A DNA stretch of 64,000 nucleotides from Squalus acanthias (lineage: Eukaryota), in NCBI GenBank assembly GCA_030390025.1, contig JASTWF010000036.1, positions 2,170,001 to 2,234,000 of the forward strand, in the 5' to 3' direction. The stretch's first letter is position 1; the number at the start of each line of letters is the position of its first letter. Both the position numbers and the translations under genes were made by a program. Below are positions 46,331 to 58,490 of this stretch, one piece after another. A model generated the notes under the pieces. That model made no database searches. It was given only the letters and a program-made list of their open reading frames with translations, and was not told the DNA's origin.

Positions 46331-46595
46331 GACCGCACAAAGTGGAGGAGAAGCATCCGGGAAGGCGCCGAACACCTCGAGTCTCTTCGCCGGGAGCAAG
46401 CGGAAGCCAAGCGCAAGCAGCGCACGTCAACCCAAGCACCCCACCCACCCGCCCCTTCAACCACCGTCTGCCCCACCCTGTGACAGAGACTGTCGGTCCC
46501 GCATTGGACTCATCAGTCACCCGAGAACTCATTTTTAATGTGGAAGCAAGTCATCCTCGGTTCCGAGGGACTGCCTAAGAAGAAGAAGAGAAGAA
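46331..46595 (+). mobile_element. RTE-clade LINE 3' fragment with C-terminal C2H2-like motif and (AAG)n tail
   Basis: Reads DRTKWRRSIREGAEHLESLRREQAEAKRKQR...VCPT, then (frameshift) CDRDCRSRIGLISHPRTH, followed by a short UTR and AAGAAGAAGAAG. Confidence 0.75.
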
Positions 46596-47774
46596 AGGCA
46601 CAATGTTTGACGGGTCAGTTTTACACCGAGAGTTAGTGTAGGGGAAGTGCTTTTGTTGCTTTGATTCTGAGGAGAATAGGGAAGTCTGTGTTTACTGGTT
46701 ATGTTCAATAAGTTTGTCTATTGGACTGCAGCTTGTGTCACAGTTGGAGAGAGTGCTCACTCTTACACTGATTGAAGTCAAGGAGGTCGTGTGCTGGCAC
46801 AAGATATATTCCAGTAAGCTGGAGTACGCTGTTGTTTTATTCCTGGGGTCTCGCGATATTTACCTAGATAAAAGTACATTCTGGTCTGATGGGGACATGA
46901 AGTCCGCTCATAGCAGTGGTCAGCGACACAGGACCCAAAGAGAATGGCCAGCATAAAAATCCAAAACGTAAGGTGTGGGGGGCGGGGGAAGATACAGAAT
47001 TACTGCAGGGGCTGTCAGGGCACAGATATTACGGTGAGAACTGTGATAAACAGGGCCACGGTTTTACATGACTGGACAGTCAAATTCCATTTTTATTAGG
47101 TGGGATTTTCAGCAGTCTTTTTGGGGATCGCATTCCACAATTCGGTCTGTTTATAATTAGGCCCATCGGCGCCTGAAAAAAAAATTCTGTTTCTATTATA
47201 TGAGCCCTGTGGGATTTTAGTATCAATGTTTTGGGAATTGTACTTGTGATTCTATCCTTTTTTCTGTAAAAACTGCACATTAGTGGCCTCGATGGTACGG
47301 TATAAAGGACTATCCATTGGTTGGGCATCGCTGTCCATGTAATATTGTGGGGAAAGCCTATTCACCACCAGGCAATGAGATGATATCATTTGCAGTGCGA
47401 AGTTTCTTTCCCCCATTGGTATTTTGAAGTTATTGGTGATCCAATCATGTTACATTCAGTTCAGACAACAGCTTGCAGGGAAAAACAACTGAGTCGAGTT
47501 GTCCAAACTTGTGTATGCACTCAAGGGATATTATTGAATTCTGTAGCAGCAGACACATACCCCTGGGAGTCGGTGGGCTATTTTTATCATAGGGTGGGAG
47601 CATGGACTAAAAGCTTCAAAAGCGACTTCCAGAGTATGGTGCAGTTACCATCCTTCTTGTCATCTCAGGTTGATGGTCTCAGAGCAGGGTCGGGTTGCGA
47701 GGAGATAACGCCCAGGAATTTAGGGTGACGAGTTAAGTTGTGATTTATATCTTGGAAAGTTTGCATCCTTACCT

Positions 47775-48326
47775 TTTATTTATTCGTTCCTGGGATGTAG
47801 GCGTCGCTGGCAAGGCCAGCATTTATTGCCCATCCCTAATTGCCTTGAGAAGGTGGTGGTGAGCCGCCTTCTTGAACCGCTGCAGTCCGTGTGGTGAAGG
47901 TGCTCCCACAGTGCTGTTAGGGAGGGAGTTCCAGGATTTCGACCCAGCGACGATGAAGGATCGGCGATATATTTCCAAGTCAGGATGGTGTGTGACTTAG
48001 AGGGGAACTTGGAGGTGGTGGTGTTCCCATGCACCTGCTGCCCTTGTCCTTCTAGGTGGTGGAGGCCGCGGGTTTGGGAGCTGCTGCCGAAGAAGCCTTG
48101 GCGAGTTGCTGCAGTGCATCTTGTAGATGGTACACACTGCAGCCACGGTGCGCCGGTGGTGGAGGGAGTGAATGTTTAAGGTGGTGGATGGGGTGCCAAT
48201 CAAGTGGGCTGTTTTGTCCTGGATGGTGTCGAGCTTCTTGAGTGTTGTTGGAGCTGCACTCATCCAGGCAAGTGGAGAGTATTCCATCACACTCCTGACT
48301 TGTGCCTTGTAGATGGTGGAAAGACT
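47775..48326 (-). mobile_element. LINE 3' fragment, same family as 296-690
   Basis: LSTIYKAQVRSVMEYSPLAWMSAAPTTLKKLDTIQDK...SLHHRRTVAAVCTIYKMHC; same 3' tail. Confidence 0.85.
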
Positions 48327-48435
48327 TGCACGTAACATCATGATGGAAATGACTGATCGCTTCTCAATAAATTGTCCTCTTTCAATATCTGCAGCTGTGC
48401 ACAGACCCTGAAGTACTCCACGTTTGCTGCAGTTT

Positions 48436-48832
48436 CAGAAACTCGAGCACAAAATCTAGGCTGACACTCCCAGTGCAGTGCCGAGGGAGTGCTGCACTGT
48501 CGGAGGTGCCGTCTTTGGATGAAACGTTAAACTGAGGCCCCGTCTGCCCTCTCAGGTGGGTGGAAAATATCTCATAGCACTATTTCGAAGAGCAGGGGGA
48601 GTTCTCCCCAGTGTCCTGGCCAACATTTATCCCTCAACCAACAGCACTAAAACAGATGATCTGGTCATTATCACATTGCTGTTTGTGGGAGCTTGCTGTG
48701 CACAAATTGGCTGCCGCGTTTCTTACATTACAACAGTGACTACACTTCAAAAGTACTTTATGGGCTGTAAAGCGCTTTGGGACGTCCTGAGGTTGTGAAA
48801 GACGCTGGAGAAATGCAAGTCTGTCTTTCTTT
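48436..48832 (+). mobile_element. DeuSINE-like SINE (SacSINE1/AmnSINE1-related), head truncated
   Basis: Deu-domain-like GCCGTCTTT-GGATGAAACGTTAAACTGAGGCCCC...GTGTCCTGGCCAA and tail TGTAAAGCGCTTTGGGACGTCCTGAGG...AAATGCAAGTC. Family recognised from memory. Confidence 0.7.
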
Positions 48833-49071
48833 TAGCTGCTACAGTAAATCTAGGTTAAAAGTATTGTTTTGCCAAAAATGAAAAGCACTGCCAAGTTTTC
48901 TTTTAAAAAGAGGCTTTTGATGGAAGGGAGAGAGGTGGTGAGGTGAAGTGGAATTGGGGAAGAGTTTCTAAGAGCAGTGACTGAACGGATAACATCTGCT
49001 GGAGTGGAGGGAGCAGGGAACGAGAAGTAATCCAATGTGAGCAGAATAAGGAGTCAGGGTGGCAGAATTCT

Positions 49072-49235
49072 CAAAAACAACAGAAAATGCTATTAATGCT
49101 CAGCAGGTCAGGCAGCATCGTGGAGAGAGAAACAGAGTTAACGTTTCAGGCCGATGACCTTTCGTCAGAACGGTCATCGACCTGAAATCTTGTTGTGTCA
49201 GATTTCCAGCATCCGCAGTATTTTGCTATTGTGTT
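49072..49235 (-). mobile_element. Penelope-like pseudo-LTR fragment with short inverted duplication
   Basis: Reverse complement matches the 55896-55996 insert (CTGACGAA.GGTCATCG.CCTGAAA.GTTAACTCTGTTTCTCTCTC...GATGCTGCCTGAC.TGCTGAG). Inverted piece GGTCATCGACCTGAAA at 49172-49187. Confidence 0.7.
49137..49171 (-). ncRNA. Minimal type I hammerhead ribozyme motif
   Basis: Minus strand GUU-CUGACGA-A-AGG-ucaucgg-CCU-GAAA-CG-UU-AAC: intact core, stem II, palindromic ACGU stem III and a short stem I. Confidence 0.65.
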
Positions 49236-49448
49236 GTGGCAGAATTATCATGTTGCATTCAGACTTTCAAGGCTTTAGGAATTAGGAGCCACGAGGAAGC
49301 CAATAAACATCAGTTTAATTTAGAACAGTTTCCATCGTCACAGGCATGGGCGGAGCCATGTGCTTGTACATTCGTAGGATGGGGATTTGTTTTTTTAATT
49401 TCACATTGAATATACAGCAGAGAAAGAGGCCATTCCGTCCAACTGGTC

Positions 49449-49587
49449 TTTTTTTAAAATCCGTTCACAGGATGTGGGCGTCGCTGGCAAGGCCAGCATT
49501 TATTGCCCATCCCTAATTGCCCTTGAGAAGGTGGTGGTGAGCCGCCTTCTTGAACCGCTGCAGTCCGTGTGGTGAAGGTACTCCCAC
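49449..49587 (-). mobile_element. Short LINE tail (296-690 family) inserted in a degraded minus-strand CR1 3' UTR
   Basis: Matches 47775-47910. Flanks GGCCATTCCGTCCAACTGGTCT / GTTTATGTTCCACATGAGCC resemble the reverse complement of the 55385-55445 CR1 UTR. Confidence 0.75.
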
Positions 49588-50349
49588 GTTTATGTTCCAC
49601 ATGAGCCCCCTCTCACTCCATCAGTTTGTGTCTGGGCTGCACATCACTGCTGGGCTGCGTGTCCCTCGCTCCCTTTGCACTAACTGAAATCCTTCGATTA
49701 AACACTAAAACAGAACAGCGACCTCCCCATTGCGGAGTTGGTAAAGGATATGCGTATCTGACCCCGGTTTCATCTCCAGTCTCTGCTGTTCTGTGATCTC
49801 AGTCGGCTAGACAATTAGGGAAAAGCACAACCAACCTCTGGGCTCCTGATCGCAATCTAGTGACCCCTGTTGGAAAGTGCATGAGTGTGGACATGATGGG
49901 GCTCAACTGTGAGGTCTTCCATGCTCAAATAGCTTGCCAGCTCCCAACTATCCAGGTTCATATATGAAGCACAGCCACTATGGGAAGGTAATGGAGGCCT
50001 GCCAGAATTTGTGGCGCTGTACCCCAGTCGGAACACTAGCAGTTATTTAATTCACAAGCCTTCCTAGTGCTTCCAACTGTACGTTCAATTGCTTGCTGAT
50101 GGCATTAAGCACCGTACCATTCCCCGCAGGAAGTTCTCAACCCACAACTTTACAGCTGGCATGTGCCCAAGGACCCTGTCCAATGCTGCCATGTAGCTAG
50201 CTTCTGGGAACTGTGGTAGAGTGCCCTGGTTTGGGTCACGTGCAAAGATTGCCTCCACACTTGACTCCTCTCACCTTCGTCCATGCATTAATCCACTGCA
50301 CCACTGTCGACATTTCTAGGCTGAAATCGCCCGACACGATGAGGGAAGA

Positions 50350-51070
50350 ACAAACTTGCATTTTGATAGCACGTTTCATGCCCTCAGGACGTCACAGCCA
50401 ATGAGGTACTTGTTTTTGGAAGTGTATTCACTTAGGTAAATGCAGCAGCCAATTCATGTAGAGCAAGGTAGGAACATAGGAACAGGAGGAGGCTATTCAG
50501 CCCCTCGAGCCTGTTCCGCCATTCAATGAGATCAGGGCTGATCTGTGACCTAACTCCATATGCCCGCCTTTGCCCCATATCCCTTAATACCTTTGTTTAA
50601 CAAAAATCTATCAATCTCCGATTTAAAATTAACAATTGATCTGCCATCAATTGCTGTTTGTGGAGAGAGTTCCAAACTTCTACCACCCTTTGTGTGATGA
50701 AGTGTTTCCTAATTTCACTCCTGAAAGGTCTGGCTCTAATTTTTAGACTATGCCCCTTAGTCCTAGATACCCCAACCAGCGGATATAGTTTCTCACTATC
50801 GACCCTATCTGTTCCCCTTAATATCCTGAAAACAGCAAAGGAGATAAGTGGCCAGTTAATCTGTTGTGGTGGTTAGTGAGGGACACCGGGAGAACCTTGT
50901 GCTCTTCACTGAATAGAGCAATGGGATCTTTTACGTTCACTTATACAGGCAGCCGGGGCCTCGGTTTAACATCGCATCTGAATGACAGCAGCTCCGACAA
51001 TGAAACACTTCCTCGGTGCTAGATTGGAGTGTCAGCCTTGATTACGCGCTGAAATTCTGGAGTGGACCTT
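50350..51070 (-). mobile_element. Degraded DeuSINE-like element split by a CR1 insertion
   Basis: Segments 50350-50468 and 50830-51070 align by eye to the reverse complement of 48436-48832. Confidence 0.6.
50469..50832 (-). mobile_element. CR1 LINE 3' fragment
   Basis: GGAACATAGGAACAGGAG tail, CAGCCCCTCGAGCCTGTTCCGCCATTCAATGAGATC UTR, GAGAGTTCCA (reverse of WNSL codons). Confidence 0.85.
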
Positions 51071-52047
51071 GTTCACAAACGCATTAAATAAAACTACTTT
51101 TCAGACATAGTGGACAAAGGAATTTCATATGCACCATTCACCATTGCGGATATCAAACAGTGCAATATTAAATCCCTTAAAAATCAAGATTGTATGATAA
51201 AGGACTCGCATACAGCACGGTATTACTAAACCACTGCAAACAAAAATGTAAAGCTAGTGTCAAAAATAGTTCAAGGGCCTCGTTACTCCAGGCTCTTAAT
51301 GTATCATTGATATTAAGCTTCCAGTTTACAAGTTGCGCAATAGGCATTGCCCCACAAGAGGGTTTACATGCAGCTTTCGAGATATACAAAGCAAAGTTAC
51401 AACTCAGTGAAGTGTTGCAGACCTCATACCTGGGAAAGAATTACAAGAGGGCAATCTAATCGAAGAGTTCAGATAGCGCCAGAAAACAGTCAAGCTTCAC
51501 TCTTATGGTTTATAACTGCCAGACGAACCACAAGATAAGATTACAGCCTTAAAATCAGTTGCAGGTACCCGTTATTTTTTCACTTTTATATTGCGTCAGT
51601 CATGTGTTTGGGTGTTTATTGAACTTTTAATCTTTTTTCTTGATGGCAGCAGCTGAATGTGCACAAAACCTTGCTATCCTTTTTCCACCTTAATTGAATT
51701 TTTGTGCTCATTAAGGTGAGGGATTTCAGTGTTACAGATTTTCACTCAGTACCAACTTCAAGTGGTCAGGTACAACATGGACTAGATGCAGAGTAAAGCT
51801 CCCTCTACTGTACTTCGATGTCTCTGCTGCATCACTGTGATATTTCTATTTCCTGCACCAGCCATTCTTGTGACCCCTCTGAAGGAGATTGTCAATGTTA
51901 TGCCAAATTGTGGGCAAGCGTGTGGATTTGCACTTCCTGGGATCTGGGTCGAGACTCCCACTACTCTTTTTCACATCAGACTGGTATAGCAAGCAGGAAA
52001 GGTAGACTTTCACGCCATCAGTCGGGGCTGGATTTAAACCCAGGTTT

Positions 52048-52445
52048 CAACAACAACAAGTTGCATTTATGTAGCGCCTTTAATGTAGTAAAACGTTCCA
52101 AGGCGAGTCACAGGAGCGTCATCAGACAAAAACTGACACGGAGCCACATAGAGATGAGATATTAGGGCAGGTGACCAAAAGCTTGGTCAAAGAGATTTAA
52201 GGAGGGTCTTAAAAGGAGAGAGAGGTAGAATGGTTTCGGGAGGGAATTCCAGAGCTTGGGGCCTAGGCAGTTGAAAGCACGGCCGCCAATGGTGGGGCGA
52301 AGGAAGTGGGCCAGAATTGGAGGAATGGAGAGAAGGGTTGTAGGGCTGGAGGAGGTTACAGAGATCGGGAGAGGCGTGATAATGGAGGGATTTGAACATG
52401 AGGATGAGAATTTTAAAATCGAGGTGTTGCAACGTGGGTCAACGA
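52048..52445 (-). mobile_element. L2-clade LINE 3' fragment
   Basis: Translation pieces DFKILILMFKSLH and PTIGGRAFNCLGPKLWNSLP. Tail AAAGGCGCTACATAAATGCAACTTGTTGTTG. Confidence 0.75.
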
Positions 52446-53149
52446 GCACTGGGGTGATGGATGAATGGTAAGGTTTGCATAGGTGAATGGGCCTTGATGA
52501 AACCCACAGTCAATGCTCCCTGCAAACTGCACGCCCAGGCAGTGATCCAGGGGTCCCACGTAGCCGGCTTTTCAATAGAAAAACCGAGCATGTGTGGTAT
52601 TTGGAATGGGCTGTGTGCGGCTCGAAAAAAAATACAGGAAACATTGCCCACTGTACCACCCAATTGCCCCAAAGGTTCCTTTAAACCATTTTAGTGTGCT
52701 GGTCAGATATAATTACCCCATTTAAAAAAAAATGTTTGTCAAGAATCTGATGCGAGGGCATTTCTGATGTTCTGTCTTGTGTACAAGGAGATACAACCAG
52801 TTCACACACGGGTGGTGACTATTTGGAATGGGCTGCCCAGGGAGACGGTCGAGGTTGATAATACCAATCAATTTGAAGATGGAGTTGGGCAGGACGTTTG
52901 AGAACATCAATTGAGAGATATGGGTAGTGAACGGTGTGTTCCGCTTTAGAAGTCTGGTCAACGAGGTGGGTAGAAACGTACACTTGCAAACGGGATTTCC
53001 TCCACACTTCCGACAAAGTAACAGCGGCGGAGCAGGAGCAACTCCGAGGAATTTCTCAGCCATGGTCTTTTCTGGTCCGGTCTCCCATTGACTGAGGCCT
53101 TCAACTAATCGGCAGTAATGCCTAATTGGAGGGAGGCATAAAAGAAAGA

Positions 53150-53499
53150 AAATGAAAGACTTGCATTTATATAGTATCTTATTGTATCTCTCAGAAACAT
53201 CCCAAAGTGCTTCCCACACAATCGAGAATGTAGCAGCCATTTTGAACACAGCAAGATCCCACAAACAGCCATGAGAAGCATGGTGAGGTCATCTGCTTTC
53301 TTGGTGCCATTGGTCAGGTGAGAAATGTTGGCCATTGGGCTTGCTAGACGCCTGCTCTTCTTCCAATAGCGCCACAAGATCTTCAATGCAGGCAGATGGG
53401 TCCTCAGTTGATCACCTCATCTGCAGGACAGCATTGTCAACAACACAGCACGCCCTCAACACTGCACGGGTTGGGGGGGGGGTGCGTCAGCCTTGATTA
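53150..53499 (-). mobile_element. Degraded DeuSINE-like element
   Basis: AAAGACTTGCATTTATATAG...CAGCAAGATCCCACAAACAGC...GTCAGCCTTGATTA, similar to the reverse complement of 48436-48832. Confidence 0.6.
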
Positions 53500-54065
53500 G
53501 CCCAATTAAATTATTTCAGTAAGTAAGGCCCTTGCTCAGCACATGATATTTCATTGGCCTTCAGATGATATAATTGTAAATAGTAGTAAAAGCCCTTATA
53601 AACAGTTTGGCTTTGGTATATGTTTACACGCATAGATAAGGAGATGTTGTACCACAATGCCAAGCTATAAAATATTCTGTTTCACCGCTTTAAGTGACAT
53701 ACTGACATACTTCTGTTAAATACTGACATACTTCGAGACTCAGTCTGTGCTCAGGGCAACAGTGTCATTGCTTAAGATGCAAGATACTTACAATTAGATT
53801 CTAAAAGTGGCCTACGTGGAATGGACTGGAAATTAAATTAGAATAGACCTAAATGTAGAAAAGAATTATTCTTTGTCCAATTTGTTTTGCCAATAGAGGG
53901 ACAAATCCAATCCTGCTGGAAGGACTGCTAAGTCGAAGTCTCTCCTGGCTGGTTAGTGCATAGCTCCAGGTAGCTGGCTTGGGAGCAACACTGCCAGCAG
54001 CCGAGGAACAGGAGAGGCCGAGAAAGTAAAATACATTCAAACATGAGGGGGGAGAAAGAAACCAA

Positions 54066-54870
54066 GGGGGAAAAATTGGGTATCGCCCATTTTGGGGCGC
54101 TAATATCGGCCGGGCGCAAAGTTTAGCGCCCGGCGTGAATTATCGCCTCCGACTGCAAAATTCACCTCCATCGACCCTGGAGGCGATTTGAGCGCTAAAT
54201 CAGGCGCTACACACCTTTAAGGCGCAAACGTCAGGGAGCGAGGCGCTACCTCAGTACGCTACCGAAGCTCAGGCGATGTTGTTACCATGGAAGCCAGACA
54301 CACTGGCGCCGTCCAGTTCTTAAAGGGGAGGGGCCATCTTGCTGCCCAGCCACACCCTGCTCATTGCAGCCTTGAATCTCGGCCTGGAGAGACCTCAACA
54401 GCAATTGTGTTGGAAGCACTAATGGATAGGCCCAGGGAAAGAGCTCGGCGCTTAGGAACCTCAAAAGTGGTGCTGAGGGCCAAAACTCCTTAGGACAGCG
54501 TTAAAACCAAAAATTTTGCCGACAAGAAAAGGCAGGAAGCGCCCGCCTTTAAATAGCGCTCCCCCAGCCCCTTCCCGACTTGAAAACGTTCCCCTCTACC
54601 TGTCGTTCCTAGCAGCAGGCGCTAAGGCAGGGGGCACGACTCAATATCCGGTCTGGGGCGCTACCGAGGCGTTGCACGCTCGACTGACATCACGATCTGC
54701 GGGCGCAGGAGATCATGGCGGTAGTGCTTGGCGCTGCCGCAAAATGACTGGTCAATTTCGCGAGCAACGCTAAAATCGCCGCGCGAGTGGCGCCAAGTTC
54801 CTAGCGCCCCATTAGCGCCCCCTGGAGGTGCTAACGGGAGGCGCTAACCAACCAAATTCCACCCCCCCCC
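54066..54870. mobile_element. GC-rich MITE-like element, same family as 42768-43488
   Basis: Starts GGGGGAAAAATTGGGTATCGCCCATTTGGGGCGCTAA; ends TTAGCGCCCCCTGGAGGTGCTAACGGGAGGCGCTAACCAACCAAATTCCACCCC. Both subterminal regions resemble the first copy. Confidence 0.75.
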
Positions 54871-55275
54871 CCCCCCAAAAGAGCCTGAGCAACGGGTGTG
54901 GAAAATATCACAACGGCATTGCTGCCATCGAAACCGTTTGAGCCGTTCAAAAGGTTGTGCAAATTCCCCAGCTGGTTGGACAGTGTCGGGCCTTTTAATC
55001 ACACACAAGGAAGGGCAAATCTTGGTGAGTTCTCAATGCTTTGAGGGAGATAATCTTGTAAACCATATGGGAGCATCAAATACAACAGAAAACAGGAAAT
55101 AAAAAGCAGATTTGTATTTTTCCACAAGAAAAAAAAAATCTATTAAAGCTTTTGATTTAGTCCAGCATCTGCTAGTGTTATTCCCCCAGCAAAACCACAC
55201 ACAGATAACATAGAAGTTTAAAAGTTGCAACATCTCTCTTTGCTGAGGTTATCTGTATATTAAAGAATCAAAACT

Positions 55276-55472
55276 GGCTGAGGAGAATAGCACAGATGCA
55301 TTTAAGGGGAAGCTGGATAAACACATGAGGGAGAAAGGAATAGAAGGATATGGTGATAGGGTGAGATGAAGAGGGGTGGGAGGAGGCTCGTGTGGAGCAT
55401 AAACACCGGCACGGACACGTTGGGCCGAATGGCCTGTTTCTGTGCTGTGAAATTTTATGTAATCCTATGTAA
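55276..55472 (+). mobile_element. CR1 LINE extreme 3' fragment
   Basis: DAFKGKLDKHM codons, UTR GGGCCGAATGGCCTGTTTCTGTGCTGT and a (TATGTAA)-type tail. Confidence 0.85.
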
Positions 55473-55589
55473 AACAGAGTTCAACTAAAATTTATTTTTC
55501 TGTCCCATTCCCTCCATTTTCTCCTTTAATATCATTTTACTGGCGAACCACATGCCCGACTTTTAGTCCAATAAAGCTTTTAGTTCTGT

Positions 55590-56880
55590 AGATAAGGACC
55601 ATTGACCATGTCCACCCTATTTCCCGTGGCTCTGTTCTCAATGCTTCCCCTCCTCCCAGAATGACAGGGTCCCCCTTATCCTCATCTTCCACCTTACCAG
55701 CCTCCGCAGTCCCCAAATCACCTTCTGCTGCTTCTGCCAGCTCCAACAGGATTCTACCATGAATCATTTATTCCCCTCCCCTGTTTTCTGGAAGGCCTGT
55801 TCCTCCCCAGGATCTCTTTGTTCACTCTGCCACCAGCCCAATTTCCAGCTGGCTTTCTATGGCATTTCCCCGTACAACCAGAACAGATGCAACACCTGAC
55901 GAAGGGTCATCGACCTGAAATGTTAACTCTGTTTCTCTCTCTGCAGATGCTGCCTGACTTGCTGAGTATTTCCAGCATTTTCTGTTTTTATTTCAGATGC
56001 AACATCTGTTCATTCACCACTTCCCATACCAAACGCCCAAGGGCCCCCAACATTCCTTCTGTGTGAAATCGCAATTTATGGGAACTTCCTTCAATCTAGT
56101 AGATTGTTTTCGCTGCTCACAGTGTTGTCTCCCATGCATGAGGGAGACCGAGCACAGATTGGGCGATCGCTTTGCTAAACACCTCCGTTCTGTCCGCAAG
56201 CGTGACCCAGAATGTCCAATGGCTCGCCACCTCAACTCTCCCCCTCATTCTGACCTGTCCGCCTTTGACCTCTTGACACTTTCAACCAAGCTTGGGGAGC
56301 AGTACCTCATCGCTCTCCAGGGCACTCTGCAGCCTTCTGGTCTGAACATTCACTTTAGCAACTTCAGACCGTAGCAACTTTCTTTACAGCAAGGGGGTGC
56401 TGGGTGGGTCTGTCAGAGTCAAGGGAGAGGGAGAGAAGGAGGTGGGTTCCCATTTCAGGTGTAGATCTTTCATCAGAATACAGTGGCTGTGGGGGAGCAA
56501 GTGGCTGTGGCTGGGGTATTGGCCTGTTTTTTCCACTCTTTTGGGGGCTGGTAGACCTAACGCGTCTTTCCAGCACTTTTGACTTTCATTTAAGACCTCC
56601 TGCATTTGCAGTTCCACCCCCTCTTCAATTTCCTCAGTTTTCCTTGTGTGGGCTTTGACCATGGTTTTTCACCATCTTTGTCATTTACACATCATTCAAC
56701 CCATTAATTTACTCTGTGATTTGACTTTCTGTACTCACCCACCCCCCATTTTCCAACCCGACCAAAAGGCTCGCTTCTTTTTTCAGTTCTGACGAAGGGT
56801 CACATCCAAAACATTAACCGGCCTTTTCGCTTTACAGATGTTGACTGACATGGCACATTTCCAGCAGTTTCCGTTCCCGT
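55590..56880 (+). mobile_element. Decayed Penelope-like element: RT-thumb/linker, GIY-YIG endonuclease remnant and 3' pseudo-LTR
   Basis: DRVPLILIFHLTSL upstream. ORF 55997-56374 contains NLVDCFRCSQCCLPCMRETEHRLGDRFAKHLRSVR...MARHLNSPPH...GTLQPSGLN, matching the PLE pattern NLVY.I.C..C...YIGET...L..RF.EH...VA.HFN...GTL.P.GLN with catalytic residues decayed. Degenerate hammerhead at 56786-56818. Confidence 0.85.
55896..55927 (+). ncRNA. Minimal hammerhead ribozyme core in a ~100-bp pseudo-LTR insertion (stem I 5' strand missing)
   Basis: CUGACGA-A-GGGU-caucg-ACCU-GAAA-UG-UU-AAC. Confidence 0.55.
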
Positions 56881-57942
56881 TTTTCGGATTTTAATTGCTG
56901 TCATTTGATCGCGTTTCTTCTGCGTAGCGCCGAATGCAATTTACTCCTGCAACACAGAGCTGGAAGTTCTTAATGAAAAACAGGAGAATTTCTCTGTAAT
57001 TGGCTACTCACGAGTGAAATCACATTCTCGGAAATCACATGCTTCAAAGCTGTGCGTTCCACTATTTTGTTAGGGGATCATTATGGAGAAAAAAAACCAG
57101 GCAAGCACCCAATTTCCATTAAGAGGAATTTCACCCCTCCCTTACTCTGATAAGCACATGCTCATGAACCGAGTTTAGGTAACCCTGTAATATACATTTG
57201 TCACAATACAAACAGACCCTATCATGACAAGTATGGGGCGTGTGCAAGATACAAGGCAGGTATGCTGAATCTAAACAGCAAGATCAAATTTCCAACTCAT
57301 GATTTTTTTATATTCCTCTGCCTTGAACTCAGCAAAAAGTAGCATAAAAATAAACAGAAATTCAAATCGAACCCTACTGCTTTCAAAGTTTCCCCTTGAA
57401 CTTCTGCACCCTAATGGAAAATTTGGTCCAACAAGTTGAGCCACGCAAGCCCCTCTCTGGATTTCCAAGGATTTCTTTTCATCAACTAACTTTAGAGTGC
57501 CTTAAAGGATGCTCAGACATTGAAGACAATGTAATCCATGGTAACTAAACGCACCGATTATACCAGGGAGCAATGGACAACAGGCTGCAATCTAGCAAGG
57601 AACTGAGGCTAGGCTGCTTGGCCTGAAAGACCCAAGGTGAAGCTACTAAGAAACAGAGGCCTTTAATCACTATCCTGTAATGAACCGAAGCTTTAACATA
57701 TTACGTGGCTACAAAAGGGGGAAAATATTTCCAAAGTAAGCAATTGACATTTTTTTCTTATTGTGAGACTCTTTGTAATAATTGATTCCATTGGTTACAA
57801 GTCCAAATTTCTTGTATCCTGATGTACTGTTGACTGGCCATACAAAGTCAGGCGACGACCCTCTTAGTACGATTGAACATACTGCCCTCAAAACCTCCTG
57901 TAAGGTGCAGTAAAGATCTGTTCAAACCAACTGCCATCAATT

Positions 57943-58355
57943 GGGGGACAGGAGCATAGTGGTCATGTTACTGGACTAGTTAATCCAGAAGCCTGGATTT
58001 AATCAAGTTCAGAATCCCACCATGGCAGCTGGGGAATTTAAATTCAGTTAATTAAATATATCTGGAACAAAAAAGCTAGTATCAGTAATGATGACCATAA
58101 AACTACTGGATTGTTATAAAAACCCATCTGGTTCACTAATGTCCTTTAGGGAAGGAAATCTGCCGTCCTTACCCGGTCTGGCCTATATGTGACTCCAGAC
58201 CCACAGCAATGTGGCTGACTCTTAACTGCCCTCTGAATCCACTCAGTTGTCAAGAAGACGGCTCACCACCACCTTCTCGAGGGCAATTAGGGATGGGCAA
58301 TAAATGCTGGCCTTGCCAGTGACGTCCACATCCTGTGAATGAATAAGAAAAAAAA
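57943..58355 (+). mobile_element. tRNA-derived SINE sharing its 3' tail with the 296-690 LINE family
   Basis: A-box-like GCATAGTGG, B-box-like GTTCAGAATCCC, body AAAAACCCATCTGGTTCACTAATGTCCTTTAGGGAAGGAAATCTGCC, shared tail and poly-A. Confidence 0.8.
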
Positions 58356-58490
58356 TTGCTTCAAATGGGGTTTAGAGCGGTGCACCCACATCACAAAACA
58401 ATTTCAACCTTACTCATATATCCTCATGCCTCCAGCCTTAACATCTATGTTCAAAAGTCAAGGCACAGAAAAAGATTTCGGTAGGAAATG

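Noticed and set aside
49730..50030. Possible LF-SINE-like ancient element (similar head at ~1580-1655)
   Set aside because: Too degraded to assign by eye.
52970..53110. Possible minus-strand host exon (open frame between AG and GT)
   Set aside because: No recognisable protein similarity and weak splice context; cannot be supported without transcript data.
57709..57900. Possible minus-strand exon after TTACAG
   Set aside because: Short, unrecognised peptide with no convincing donor site.
57943..58020. tRNA gene
   Set aside because: A/B-box-like head of a SINE with no complete cloverleaf.
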